A stretch of 63,227 nucleotides of DNA, filler included, from Collodictyon triciliatum (lineage: Eukaryota): NCBI GenBank assembly GCA_043381765.1. It is 4 parts of 4 records of this genome, joined end to end, with 100 filler letters (N's around TTAATTAATTAA, not from the genome) between each part and the next. Parts side by side here need not be neighbours in the genome. Positions count along the whole stretch, not along the records: positions 59,038 to 63,227 come from JBHJMP010001352.1; 3 more parts are not named here. One strand, written 5' to 3'. A program made the position numbers and the translations under genes. Numbering within the stretch: position 1 is the stretch's first letter; each line of letters starts with the position of its first letter. Below are positions 63,160-63,227 of this stretch, piece by piece. Under the pieces are notes generated by a model, which had not been told where the DNA came from, did not search any database, and saw only the letters and a list, made by a program, of their open reading frames with translations.

Positions 63160-63227
<68 letters not shown>

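Overview
Intron-rich eukaryotic nuclear DNA using the standard genetic code. An axonemal dynein suggests a flagellated protist. The window is not contiguous: four unlinked scaffolds (1-19589, 19690-39266, 39367-58937, 59038-63227) are joined by artificial N44-TTAATTAATTAA-N44 spacers. Scaffold 1: ethanolamine-phosphate cytidylyltransferase, a TEP1/p80-type TROVE-vWA protein spliced in frame to a U-box, gamma-glutamyl phosphate reductase, and an LRR/Cys-rich/multi-TM receptor with nine consecutive 69-nt one-repeat-per-exon cassettes. Scaffold 2: HIS3 followed only 62 nt later on the same strand by a HisA-like/HisI/HisE gene, then a coiled-coil gene, an NPSN-like SNARE and the 5' half of an outer-arm dynein heavy chain. 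Scaffold 3: a non-LTR retroelement 3' fragment, a fossil Helitron, a CudA-like transcription factor, NOP16 and a probable coiled-coil-LRR-pseudokinase. Scaffold 4: a non-specific phospholipase C and the start of another gene. The best candidates for new biology are the operon-like histidine gene pair, the TROVE-vWA-U-box fusion and the cassette-exon LRR receptor. All gene models were spliced by eye, and family calls rest on remembered motifs, not database searches.
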